Shown one piece after another: positions 16,838 to 26,034 of a stretch of DNA of 55,727 nucleotides (the first letter of the stretch is position 1; each line of letters starts with the position of its first letter). Origin of the DNA: a virus; the UHGV virus genome UHGV-0036148; one strand, 5' to 3'. Made by a program: the position numbers and the translations under genes. The notes beneath the pieces were generated by a model that was not told where the DNA came from, did no database searches, and saw only the letters and a program-made list of their open reading frames with translations.

Positions 16838-16855
16838 ACCGGAGGCAATAACATA

Positions 16856-18271
16856 ATGGTAACTGAGCAAATAAACTCACTACGGCAGGAACGTGAAGCG
16901 TCAGTTATCGGCGGGCTACTGTTAGGTGGCCTTACTCCTAACGCGCAAGATGTTCTCGCCACACTTGATCCTGAAGTGTTCACGATCCCGCTTTATAAAC
17001 GTGCGTTTGAAGTTATCCGGGCGCAAGCCAGAAACAGGAATCTTATCGACGCGTTATTAGTTGGCGATGAGATTGGCAATGAAAACTTTGTACCGCTAAT
17101 GCAAACGGCGCGATCGTGTCCTTCTGCTGCCAACCTGAAGGGATACGCACAGCTACTACGTGAAGAGCACCAGCGGCGGCAGATGCTGGAACTCATCGAC
17201 GATATGCGCTACAAGCTGGAAACGGGGACGCTTGAAGTCGTCAAAGAGACGATGAAAGATTTTGATTCCCGGTACTCAAAATTAAAGGTAACGAAAGACA
17301 AGATTATTCCGGTTCTGTTGCGCGATGCGGTACAGGAATACACGGAGGTGTTAAGCAAACGCATGGAATGCGGTGTCAATTCTGACAACATCAAAACAGG
17401 GATAGAACCACTCGACGAAATGTTAGGCGGAATTAACGCTACTGATTTGGTACTTCTCGCCGGACGTCCTGGGTCTGGTAAATCTGCGTTGGCGCTTGCA
17501 ATTGCTCGCGAGGCTGCCGAGCGCCCTTACCCTGGTGGCGAAGGTCAGCGGGTAGGCGTTTTGCTGTTTACGCTTGAAATGTCACTCGATCAGATGACTG
17601 AACGGGCCATTGCTGGCGCTGGTAATTTATCAACTGACTGCCTGCGCAATCCGGTAAAACTTGATGATGAGGGTTGGGCGCATGTCGGCCAGGGTATGAG
17701 CGCACTTGCTAATCTTGAGGTGTGGATCGTTGACGCGTCGCAGTTAACGGTTGAGGAAATACGCGCAACAACGGAACGCATGAAGCAGGATCACCCAAAC
17801 TTGGGCATGGTAATGATTGACTACATCGGTTTAATGAAGCTGGCTAAAGCCGAACGTCACGATCTCGCTGTAGGGCAATTGTCATGGTCGTTGAAGATGA
17901 TGGCGAAAGAATTGCGCGTACCAGTGTTGGCGCTGGCCCAGTTATCCCGCCGCGTTGAGGAACGACCTAACAAGCGCCCTAATAATTCAGATCTTCGAGA
18001 TTCAGGGAACCTTGAGCAAGACGCTGACAGGATCATCATGGTTTACCGCGATGGTTATTACGATGAGCAGTCTGTAGCACGCGAATACATGGAAATAATT
18101 GTATCTAAAAACCGTCACGGGAAAACTGGTACTGTTTACCAGCGGTTTGATGACAACGGCAATATCCTCCCTTGTGACCAGGCCCGCGCAGCGTCTGCAT
18201 GTATTCAGTCTATGAATCATCGTACAAGCAGATTTAACCAACGAAACAACCAGAATAACGCATCCTTTTAA
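16856..18271 (+). CDS. dnaB: DnaB-family replicative helicase
   Basis: Walker A GRPGSGKS, Walker B MVMIDYIGLM, DnaB-like N-terminal domain. Confidence 0.85.
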   Translation: MVTEQINSLRQEREASVIGGLLLGGLTPNAQDVLATLDPEVFTIPLYKRAFEVIRAQARNRNLIDALLVGDEIGNENFVPLMQTARSCPSAANLKGYAQLLREEHQRRQMLELIDDMRYKLETGTLEVVKETMKDFDSRYSKLKVTKDKIIPVLLRDAVQEYTEVLSKRMECGVNSDNIKTGIEPLDEMLGGINATDLVLLAGRPGSGKSALALAIAREAAERPYPGGEGQRVGVLLFTLEMSLDQMTERAIAGAGNLSTDCLRNPVKLDDEGWAHVGQGMSALANLEVWIVDASQLTVEEIRATTERMKQDHPNLGMVMIDYIGLMKLAKAERHDLAVGQLSWSLKMMAKELRVPVLALAQLSRRVEERPNKRPNNSDLRDSGNLEQDADRIIMVYRDGYYDEQSVAREYMEIIVSKNRHGKTGTVYQRFDDNGNILPCDQARAASACIQSMNHRTSRFNQRNNQNNASF

Positions 18272-18347
18272 TCAATATGAGCAAACGGCTTACCAGAAAG
18301 TTTACCGCTTTCTGGTGGCTGTTATCGCGTTTAAAGCGAGGCTGAAA

Positions 18348-18857
18348 ATGAAAACTTCATACCAACAACAAATAATTGATTTTTTAAATGACGCTGTTAT
18401 TTCAGGTGAGGGAACGATAGTTAAATCTATTCCTGGACCGGAAGGTGAAATAATTTGCGCTTTGGATGCTTTGGTTTCTGATGGCGTTATTATAAAAGTA
18501 GATCTAAATAGTAAAAGATTATCATATTGCTTGAAGTCAGTAAGGGAAATGGCGATAAGGGATATAATCCCTTTGTTTTCAAATAGTAGCGGGTATTTTT
18601 CAGCGGAAGATGTTAAGAATGAATTGAATATTAATATAAACAAAGGAAAGGTCGGCAGAATATTGCGGATGTTAGGAAGTGAGAATCTATTAACCGTTAA
18701 TAAGTTTGACGGTAAATATTTTTTCAGAAACGCGCGTTTTTATGGTTATTCAAATGTTGTCGCATTTAATTTTAGTAACTTATTAAACGAATACCGTAAA
18801 GATAACGGCCTACTGCCTGATAAACCAGTATTTGAGATTGAAAAACTTAACGGTTAA
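18348..18857 (+). CDS. hypothetical protein, AT-rich gene
   Basis: ORF with visibly lower GC than neighbours; GAGG SD; no motif. Confidence 0.4.
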   Translation: MKTSYQQQIIDFLNDAVISGEGTIVKSIPGPEGEIICALDALVSDGVIIKVDLNSKRLSYCLKSVREMAIRDIIPLFSNSSGYFSAEDVKNELNININKGKVGRILRMLGSENLLTVNKFDGKYFFRNARFYGYSNVVAFNFSNLLNEYRKDNGLLPDKPVFEIEKLNG

Positions 18858-18871
18858 ACGGGGTTGGAACT

Positions 18872-19078
18872 ATGAGGCGTGTAATTTTTTATTCAGTTGA
18901 AACGTTTGTTGACGATACGCGCGTTTATTATCCGTGGGAAGTATACGACGCAATGGTGTATACGCCGCCACTAATGCGGAAATATAAACACGTAAAATTT
19001 AACCGGGTTTTCGTGCCGATGCGCGATGCATTACGGGCGCTGCGTGGGGAATTAAGAAACACAATGCGGATTGTGTAA
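18872..19078 (+). CDS. hypothetical protein (68 aa)
   Basis: ORF in operon context. Confidence 0.3.
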   Translation: MRRVIFYSVETFVDDTRVYYPWEVYDAMVYTPPLMRKYKHVKFNRVFVPMRDALRALRGELRNTMRIV

Positions 19079-19088
19079 GGGGGGGGGG
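19079..19088 (+). repeat. G10 homopolymer tract forming the RBS of the downstream gene
   Basis: ten consecutive G between stop TAA (19076-78) and ATG 19092. Confidence 0.9.
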
Positions 19089-19091
19089 ATT

Positions 19092-19319
19092 ATGAACAAG
19101 GATTTAGAATTGACCGTGGAGGATTTAAGCACTATCGCGGAATACAAGCGCGGCGGTGATCCTGATAAACCTGTCACGGTTGATATGAAATATTTAAAAG
19201 ACGCTTTTATGACTTCTTCAAGATTGATAAGTCTTGATGCAATTATAAAGGCTCGCTGGGAAAGTTGGCAGGAATACAAAGCAAAAAATAAGGCAAAAAG
19301 AAATAATGCGGCAAATTAG
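19092..19319 (+). CDS. hypothetical protein (75 aa)
   Basis: ATG 4 nt after the G10 tract. Confidence 0.35.
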   Translation: MNKDLELTVEDLSTIAEYKRGGDPDKPVTVDMKYLKDAFMTSSRLISLDAIIKARWESWQEYKAKNKAKRNNAAN

Positions 19320-19737
19320 ATTTGAAATAGTAAACGACGCCGTAAAAGAAAACGCTATCAGGCAGATAAGGGAGATCCATCCTGATAGCAAAAGCCCGCT
19401 GGTAATTACCATCCAGGAGAAAACCCGCTCACTGAGTCAAAACGCGTTACTTTGGGCGCTGCTGACAGACGTTAGCAATCAGGTTAATTGGTACGGCAAA
19501 AAGCTGTCGCCGGAAGACTGGAAGGCGGTATTCACTGCCGGGCTTAAGAAATATGGCGTTGTCCCTAACCTGGATAAATCAGGTTTTGTTGTGCTGGGAA
19601 CGTCAACCAGCCGGATGAGTAAAGCGGAATTTAGCGAATTAATCGAACTGATCTACTCGTTCGGCGCGGAACACGGTGTTCAGTGGTCTGGCGATACGAA
19701 GTTAAACGAGGAATTTATAAAACGCTGGGGGCAATAA
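19306..19737 (+). CDS. ninB: NinB recombination protein
   Basis: PLVITIQEKTRSLSQNALLWALLTDVSNQVNWYGK...VPNLDKSGFVVLGTSTSRM parallels lambda NinB. Confidence 0.85.
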   Translation: MRQIRFEIVNDAVKENAIRQIREIHPDSKSPLVITIQEKTRSLSQNALLWALLTDVSNQVNWYGKKLSPEDWKAVFTAGLKKYGVVPNLDKSGFVVLGTSTSRMSKAEFSELIELIYSFGAEHGVQWSGDTKLNEEFIKRWGQ

Positions 19738-19913
19738 TGGTTAGTTATTACAGGGCAAAGCCTACGGGCATTTTGTATAAGATTGATGGCGAATACGTTT
19801 ACTATTTTCACAACCAGGCGCGTGATTGGCGACTGTGTCACGCGCACTTTCAGCACGAAATAGAAAATCACCCTGAATATTTTATCAAAGTTGACAATGT
19901 AACGGTGGCGTAA
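19737..19913 (+). CDS. hypothetical protein (58 aa)
   Basis: TAATG overlap with ninB stop; GGGGG SD. Confidence 0.35.
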   Translation: MVSYYRAKPTGILYKIDGEYVYYFHNQARDWRLCHAHFQHEIENHPEYFIKVDNVTVA

Positions 19914-19914
19914 T

Positions 19915-20568
19915 ATGGCAAATAAAACACCTCGCGCAATAGGAAGAATAGTTCATCGTTTCGACACTGATATTCCAAGTTTTGAAGTAACAACGTTTTT
20001 AAGCTATTACGATTTTGGTACTGAGTATTACGCAGGATCTAAGGTTGGCGGCGAGAGTTATACGCTGATGGCTAATACGTGGAGTTTTGTGCGCTACTCT
20101 GAAAAGGATGATGACGGTATGAACAAAGAAAGCGAAATCATTGATGAATTGATCGAAGATGAGCGCCATGATTGCGAGATGCAACCGGAAAAAACGGAAT
20201 GGCGGGCATGTGAAAAACCTCCGGTTGGCGTGTGGCTTGATTGCGTAGGTCTTACGAGCGGAACGGTTCTCGATGTCGTTAAATTTAAGTATATCGGCGA
20301 TAATTGGGCTATCGCTCACAGTAAATTAGTATCAGACATGGAAACAGCAATATCATGGGAAAAATACTCTTACCGCATTCACATTGACCAGAAGGAAAAG
20401 GCGCTCGCTGAAATCGCGTTCGCACTTGCCACTAAGGTAATGGGTGAAGACGCGGCAAGCGAGATTGACTTTAGCTGTGACAACGATTTTACGTGCGATT
20501 ATCGCAATATGGCGCGAGCTATTATTGTTGGATGTATCGGACACGTTGAATACACGGGGAAAAGATAA
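19915..20568 (+). CDS. hypothetical protein (217 aa)
   Basis: ORF in operon; no recognisable motif. Confidence 0.4.
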   Translation: MANKTPRAIGRIVHRFDTDIPSFEVTTFLSYYDFGTEYYAGSKVGGESYTLMANTWSFVRYSEKDDDGMNKESEIIDELIEDERHDCEMQPEKTEWRACEKPPVGVWLDCVGLTSGTVLDVVKFKYIGDNWAIAHSKLVSDMETAISWEKYSYRIHIDQKEKALAEIAFALATKVMGEDAASEIDFSCDNDFTCDYRNMARAIIVGCIGHVEYTGKR

Positions 20569-20786
20569 TGGATAAGATCGGCACAATTCTTATTAATCGT
20601 GAACAAGTGCAAAAAATGTTAGGCGGGCTTAGTAAGTCAGCATTTTTTAAACTGGTTAAAAAATGGAAGGATTCAGGTACTCCATTCCCTGAACCCGTTA
20701 AGGGGATGCCAGCGTTAAAGCGCGGCGGATATCTTTACCGTTATCAGGATGTTATTTCATTTTGTAAGTCAATGGGTTTCATGTAA
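20568..20786 (+). CDS. AlpA/excisionase-family small DNA-binding protein
   Basis: INREQVQKMLGGLSKSAFFKLVKK...PFPEPVKG pattern resembles AlpA/Vis-type HTH; convergent with integrase. Confidence 0.5.
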   Translation: MDKIGTILINREQVQKMLGGLSKSAFFKLVKKWKDSGTPFPEPVKGMPALKRGGYLYRYQDVISFCKSMGFM

Positions 20787-21958
20787 TAATCAGCCAGCTT
20801 ATTCATCGCCTCTATTTGTTCCCTCACATAGTCATACTGATCGTATATAGCAAACATCCCAGCCAGCTTATGCCCCAAAACCTTTTCCGCAACGTGAGGC
20901 GCAACGCCAAGCGCTGAAAGGTTTGTTCTCACGGTGCGGCGTAGATCGTGACACGACCACGACTCGCCGCCCATCCTTATCATTAAATCCCTCGCTGCTG
21001 TTTTCGGTACACTTCTGTCCACTGCTTCATCCCTTCCAGAAAGCACAGGAACGAAGACAAAATCAAAGCTATGCAGATCCATAGCCTCGCGCAATAAAGC
21101 TACGCTAACGTCTGATAAACCGCGTTTAAACTCGTTCCTGTTCTTACTCAATGCACCTGGCACCGTCCACACACAGCTATCAAGATCGAAATGCTCGCGC
21201 CTTGCGTTTGTCAGTTCGCTTGTTCTACATCCGGTGAGTATAATCAGCTTCATCAATATCTGGTTCAGCCGCGCCATTTTTGAACTGTCTATAAGGCTGA
21301 TTAGATGGTGAATCTCTTGTATTGACAAAACGCGTTTCCTTTGCGCCGGGTTTTTGCCTACATCTTTCACACGTAGCAATGATATGTCGTCACGATCCAC
21401 GCGGCGGCGGCGCATGGCGTACTTTATTACCGCCTTCATTCTGTTGAGAACTATCCCTGCCTGAACTGGTGCGCCACCACTGGCTACCTTTCTAAAAACC
21501 CCCTCCCACATCATAGCGTCCATATCATCGACTATATAGCTACCGTATGGTTTTATGACGTGCTTATCTAGCATGCCCTCAACCTGCTTATAATTGACCA
21601 TGTTCCTTGCCTGCGGCGATTCCATGTACTCCCTTACAATATCCTCAACCGTTGCCCGTGTCGTAACGCGGGAAAGGTGCATTCTTTTTGCTACCGATGG
21701 ATCTCGACCTGAGTTTAGCACTTCCTTATGCTCCGCCACCGCCGCCCGCGCTTCCTTGAGTGTTATTTCTCCGTATGTTCCTATCTTCATCCGTCGAGGC
21801 TTGCCGTTGAATCGGTAGCGATACTGGAAGGATATAACTCCTCGCGGGCTTATCCTGGCAGACAATCCGCCAGCGTCCGGTACTTCTTTCGGGCCGTCGT
21901 ATGGCTTGCCGTGGATGTTTCGTAATTTGGTATCTGTAAGCATAATTTTGGTCACCAT
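20744..21958 (-). CDS. int: tyrosine integrase
   Basis: C-terminal catalytic region HDLRRT...LGH...Y; ATG at 21958 (longer upstream-extended frame exists). Confidence 0.85.
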   Translation of the reverse strand: MVTKIMLTDTKLRNIHGKPYDGPKEVPDAGGLSARISPRGVISFQYRYRFNGKPRRMKIGTYGEITLKEARAAVAEHKEVLNSGRDPSVAKRMHLSRVTTRATVEDIVREYMESPQARNMVNYKQVEGMLDKHVIKPYGSYIVDDMDAMMWEGVFRKVASGGAPVQAGIVLNRMKAVIKYAMRRRRVDRDDISLLRVKDVGKNPAQRKRVLSIQEIHHLISLIDSSKMARLNQILMKLIILTGCRTSELTNARREHFDLDSCVWTVPGALSKNRNEFKRGLSDVSVALLREAMDLHSFDFVFVPVLSGRDEAVDRSVPKTAARDLMIRMGGESWSCHDLRRTVRTNLSALGVAPHVAEKVLGHKLAGMFAIYDQYDYVREQIEAMNKLADYYMKPIDLQNEITS

Positions 21959-22256
21959 TTGGTACACACATTTTACGCATGGATAGTACCACGATAGAAA
22001 ACGATATGACACGATAGAATAAATATTTCTTTTAAAATCAAGGTGAAGAGGTAACGATGTGACACGATGTGAAATGATAGAAATGGCACTATCCATTTAT
22101 CTTTTGAATGGGTGGACTAACGAAAAACTGATTTATATTCAACATCTTATGCTTTGTTTTTGCTTTTAATTTATCGATTTGGTCACAATTTGGTACACAA
22201 AAAGAAACGAGGCGTTAGCCTCGTTTCGCGCGGCGATGTTCTTCGCACATCACCTC
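21944..22256. other. attP-like region with direct repeats and clustered short repeats
   Basis: 22-bp direct repeat TTTGGTCAC(C/A)ATTTGGTACACA at 21947 and 22188; multiple ACGATAG/GACACGAT repeats between. Confidence 0.4.
22214..22238 (-). terminator. rho-independent terminator downstream of tail fibre gene
   Basis: minus strand AAACGAGGC-taac-GCCTCGTTT followed by CTTTTTG. Confidence 0.5.
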
Positions 22257-25200
22257 TTATTCTTCGCTTCCGGTCAACTGACTGATAAGCGCTTCAAGTT
22301 TTGCTATCCGCTCATCCATTGCTGCAATGTTAGCTTTCAGGCTTGCGTTCTCCTCTTCCAGTTCAGTGACGCGGTTATCCGTTTCGCGTGCCACCTGGAC
22401 AAGTAAACCAGTCACCGCCGCATAGTCAACATTAAGGTAACGTGTTTCTTCTCGTAGCTCGTTGCCGTCAACGGTCGGACCCTGCAATTCATTACCGTAA
22501 CGAGTAAACGATCCTACGGCTTCCGGTAGCGCCTCCATTACTTCCTGTGCAATAACGCCAGCATAAGGAAGGCCGTTTTCCCTGAGCGTGTAGGTGTACC
22601 CGTTCATTTTGCGGATTGATTCAGTGGCTTCACCTATAACCTGAATGTTATCTTTAAGGTCGCGGTCAGATGATTGGTGAAGTGTCTGGCATGTGATATT
22701 ACCGCTAACATCAAACATTTGACCTGATGATGTTTTTTGTGCATAAAACAGGTATCCGGCAGATGTTCCAACCTCAAAAACGTTTTGTCGATCACTTGAC
22801 CCCCAGACCCTGATGCTAACTGGCAGTTCTGAATTACCTGAATTAAGTAAAGCAAAACGACTGCCCGTCCCTGCTTGTTTTCTAATTACTAAATCGGCAG
22901 TTGAGTTAACCTCATCTTTGTTGATGGTTAGCGCCTGTTTTGTAGCACCTTTGACAGTACCACTTAGTAATTGAACTGCGCCGTCGTCGCCATTTAACAG
23001 CACTTGAGCGCTGCTTCTGTGGTTTTTCAGGAACAACATTTTGCCTGTGCTTTCTGATGTGCCTACCGACCACGCCGAATTGGTTCCAGTGCTATCAACA
23101 CCGCGTACAGTACAATTCATCGCGCTATAATCTGACGTACTTCCAAGTACATCAACGCGCCCGCCACCTAATTTTGATGGAGCCGCCGAGGTTAACGACC
23201 TGACGGTTACATCCTGATTTCTTCCTGAAACAACAATCTGACTCCATGCAGACCAGTTACCATTTTCACAATAGCGAACGTATATTTGTTTCGTGTCTGT
23301 GCCAACAAGGGTTTGCAAGTTTGTATAATCTGAATCCGTGATCTTACGAATTGACTCTACACGAAGCAAAAAGTTGCCGCCTACGCCGTCAGGCTTATTG
23401 GTAATATTTGCACCGCCTCCGGCAGTTCTGCATTGATAGTATTTAACTGACCCTTTATCTGTGCCTTTTATGGTCAGATTATTAAGATCAACAGCCACTT
23501 CAGAAATGCTTTCAGGCTCAATTGCTCCCGCCATACCTGCGTTAAATGTGGCAAGGTCAGAAAAGGTTGTTTTGCCGCCTACCGTTACCCCGCTATCGAG
23601 TATTGCTTGTGTAATTACTTTGCTGTTTTTTGTGTGGTCAGAATAACTACCAAAATACAAATCACCGTCACCAGCTATACCCAGGTATTTTTGATCAACA
23701 TCATCAACCTTAAACCCAATGGACAAGTTTTTAATTGTGTTGTTGCGCGTTAAAACCAAAGGCGTATGCTGAGATCCTTTGATGCTTACCGTAGTGTTAT
23801 CGGAACTGGTGCTTGTGTTTGCAAATTCTGCGGTGGCTCCGCTGATTTTGTAAGTTACTTTTAGATCGCGGGCCTCAACCCTCCCGTCGTGGCGAACAAT
23901 AAGATCCCCTCCTGTTACGCCTTTTGCGTTTTTGGCCCTGATGCGAACTTCGCCAAGCGTATCAGTATTTGCAGGCGCCCAAACAATGCCGCGCTCACTA
24001 TCATCGTTATTATAAAACCGCAAAGCTGCGATTCCATCGACTGCCCGCAGGAAGACTGACGGTGTACCTTTTTTGATTGTCAAGTCACCGGTCATTGTAT
24101 CGCCGGTTTTTTTTACCTGCGCATCGTTAGTTACGTTACCAAGTCCAACGTCCGATTTCGACGGCTTATTTTGGGTTCCGTATAGCTCATTAATGGCATA
24201 AGTGCCGCTGTTGAGTCCAGTATCGTTACCAGCGAAAATCTTGACCCTGGCATTTTCGTATTCGATATTAATCGCTGACCACGTATCACCGCACCGCGAG
24301 AATATACCAGAACCGTGGCTATAAATGGTCGCCGTGCTTCCGGTCGGCCTATCACCGCGCCAGAAATGACCACCTTTGTCACGCAGAGCTTTTAATAGTT
24401 CTGTATTGCTCATCTTGCCGTTTGTTGCTATCCCGCTACCGCCAAGACCGAAAGCGCCTGTAAGCATAGCATTAGAAAGGCCCAGATCTGCCTTGCTGGG
24501 TTTGTTTACCTGGTCGTAAATCCTTGCTGCTGGGCTTTCAATATATCCAGCGGGTGCGTCGGCTTGCTTAACAAATCCTTCAGGAATGTATAATTCCGTG
24601 TTGCCAGTCTGCGCCAGCACCGCTACTTTTGTGTTTTTAATATAAGATCGCTGGTAGCACCAGACCTCGATATAGCCGTCACCTTTAACCAGGCCGTAAC
24701 ACATTTGACTATTATTGGGAAGGTTTGGTGAACCGAGTCGGCGAATACTTAAAAATTTAGATATATTTTCACTGGTTACTTCGCCTGTGTCGTTAAGACC
24801 TCGAGCGGAGATCTCTATAAAGTCAATATTCCCGTAACTTAAACCGTAGCCACCGCCATTTGTAACCATTAGCGTTAAGTGGCAGTCTGATGACTTTGGA
24901 TCGCTAAGTTTAGCAATCTTAACGTAAGCGCCATTACCGCTAGTTTCAACAGGCCAAGCACATTGGACCATTGGGCTGGTAAGCCTTCCCATTTGATTCA
25001 GATATTCTTGCGCCCTGTCCTCTGATGTTTTGGCTTTGGTTTCGCTTGTTTTCGCTGCCGTCTCGCTTGCCTTAGCGTTGGTTTCTGATGTTTTCGCTGC
25101 CGTGGCGGATTTTGCAGCCGCTGTTTTTGACGCTTCTGCTGCGTTTTTGTCGGATCCTGTTTTTTGAGCGTTGGCGGTTGATTTGGCTGTTTCTGCGCGA

Positions 25201-25577
25201 ATGTTGGTAAGAAGCTGATCCAACTGACCTTCGCCGCCAAAATCTTCCCACCACTCGACAGCGGAGGCGATTTCTGTTTCCTTGCCCTGGTAGTAACGCA
25301 GGGTTTCAGCTACGTCCTGAGCAAGCCCATCAACTGAGATCGAGTCAGATAGCAGGATGCTGAATTTTGTCCCGGCAGGGATGGCGGGGTTAGCCGCTGG
25401 CGTCACTGACAGTTCAGTGCCGCTTTTAATTTCTGTGATGGTAAAGATCTGTACCGGATTGCCAACAGCAATGAGCGTGCAACCTACACGAATAAGAGAA
25501 AGCGGCGCGGAAAAGTTTGTTCCCGTGCCTTTAACAGTATTGCCGTTAATGGCAACTGTTCCAGTTGTGTAAATCAT
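22257..25577 (-). CDS. tail fibre protein with C-terminal intramolecular chaperone (S74-like) domain
   Basis: 1106 aa; Ala/Lys/Thr low-complexity linker; C-terminal SDRDLKDNI...GYTYTLRENG...GVIAQE motif typical of autocleaving chaperone domains. Confidence 0.8.
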   Translation of the reverse strand: MIYTTGTVAINGNTVKGTGTNFSAPLSLIRVGCTLIAVGNPVQIFTITEIKSGTELSVTPAANPAIPAGTKFSILLSDSISVDGLAQDVAETLRYYQGKETEIASAVEWWEDFGGEGQLDQLLTNIRAETAKSTANAQKTGSDKNAAEASKTAAAKSATAAKTSETNAKASETAAKTSETKAKTSEDRAQEYLNQMGRLTSPMVQCAWPVETSGNGAYVKIAKLSDPKSSDCHLTLMVTNGGGYGLSYGNIDFIEISARGLNDTGEVTSENISKFLSIRRLGSPNLPNNSQMCYGLVKGDGYIEVWCYQRSYIKNTKVAVLAQTGNTELYIPEGFVKQADAPAGYIESPAARIYDQVNKPSKADLGLSNAMLTGAFGLGGSGIATNGKMSNTELLKALRDKGGHFWRGDRPTGSTATIYSHGSGIFSRCGDTWSAINIEYENARVKIFAGNDTGLNSGTYAINELYGTQNKPSKSDVGLGNVTNDAQVKKTGDTMTGDLTIKKGTPSVFLRAVDGIAALRFYNNDDSERGIVWAPANTDTLGEVRIRAKNAKGVTGGDLIVRHDGRVEARDLKVTYKISGATAEFANTSTSSDNTTVSIKGSQHTPLVLTRNNTIKNLSIGFKVDDVDQKYLGIAGDGDLYFGSYSDHTKNSKVITQAILDSGVTVGGKTTFSDLATFNAGMAGAIEPESISEVAVDLNNLTIKGTDKGSVKYYQCRTAGGGANITNKPDGVGGNFLLRVESIRKITDSDYTNLQTLVGTDTKQIYVRYCENGNWSAWSQIVVSGRNQDVTVRSLTSAAPSKLGGGRVDVLGSTSDYSAMNCTVRGVDSTGTNSAWSVGTSESTGKMLFLKNHRSSAQVLLNGDDGAVQLLSGTVKGATKQALTINKDEVNSTADLVIRKQAGTGSRFALLNSGNSELPVSIRVWGSSDRQNVFEVGTSAGYLFYAQKTSSGQMFDVSGNITCQTLHQSSDRDLKDNIQVIGEATESIRKMNGYTYTLRENGLPYAGVIAQEVMEALPEAVGSFTRYGNELQGPTVDGNELREETRYLNVDYAAVTGLLVQVARETDNRVTELEEENASLKANIAAMDERIAKLEALISQLTGSEE

Positions 25578-25620
25578 CTCGATGACTCCATTTTGTTAAT
25601 TAACGGAATAATTCTACCAT

Positions 25621-25642
25621 TTTGTGATCTGTGTTGCATTTT
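25621..25642. promoter_or_regulatory. degenerate CRP-like site upstream of lipoprotein gene
   Basis: tttTGTGAtctgtgTTGCAttt; left half-site perfect, right half degenerate. Confidence 0.25.
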
Positions 25643-25754
25643 CTGCTTACACAAAATGTATTTGTTGATTTATATCAATATACGAAATGTTGTTTTGTCG
25701 GATATTCAAGACACCGGATGAACCGGACGAGCTAACAAGAACGAGGATTAAAAA

Positions 25755-26003
25755 ATGAAAAACATGTTCAAAGTGGTTTTATTCTCTGCGGCTGTAGCTC
25801 TTACTGGTTGCGCTGTTGACAAAGAGGCCGCATTGCATAACCTGCCGAATAGCGGAGTAATTCCACAAGATGTTGTCTATGATGGTGAAGGTCATCTTGT
25901 CTATGACACTGAAAAACTGCCTTATACTGGTCAATGGTGTCATGAACTCGATCACAACATGCGCCGCATCGGTAGCCCTTCTAACTGTGTAGCTAACTAC
26001 TAA
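25755..26003 (+). CDS. small lipoprotein (moron)
   Basis: signal peptide with lipobox LTGC; AGGA SD; opposite strand between J and tail fibre; own terminator. Confidence 0.6.
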   Translation: MKNMFKVVLFSAAVALTGCAVDKEAALHNLPNSGVIPQDVVYDGEGHLVYDTEKLPYTGQWCHELDHNMRRIGSPSNCVANY

Positions 26004-26008
26004 AAGAA

Positions 26009-26032
26009 AACCCCGCGCGAAGCGGGGTTTTT
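26009..26032. terminator. bidirectional rho-independent terminator
   Basis: CCCCGC-gcgaa-GCGGGG hairpin flanked by A-run and T-run, between lipoprotein and J stops. Confidence 0.6.
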
Positions 26033-26034
26033 GT

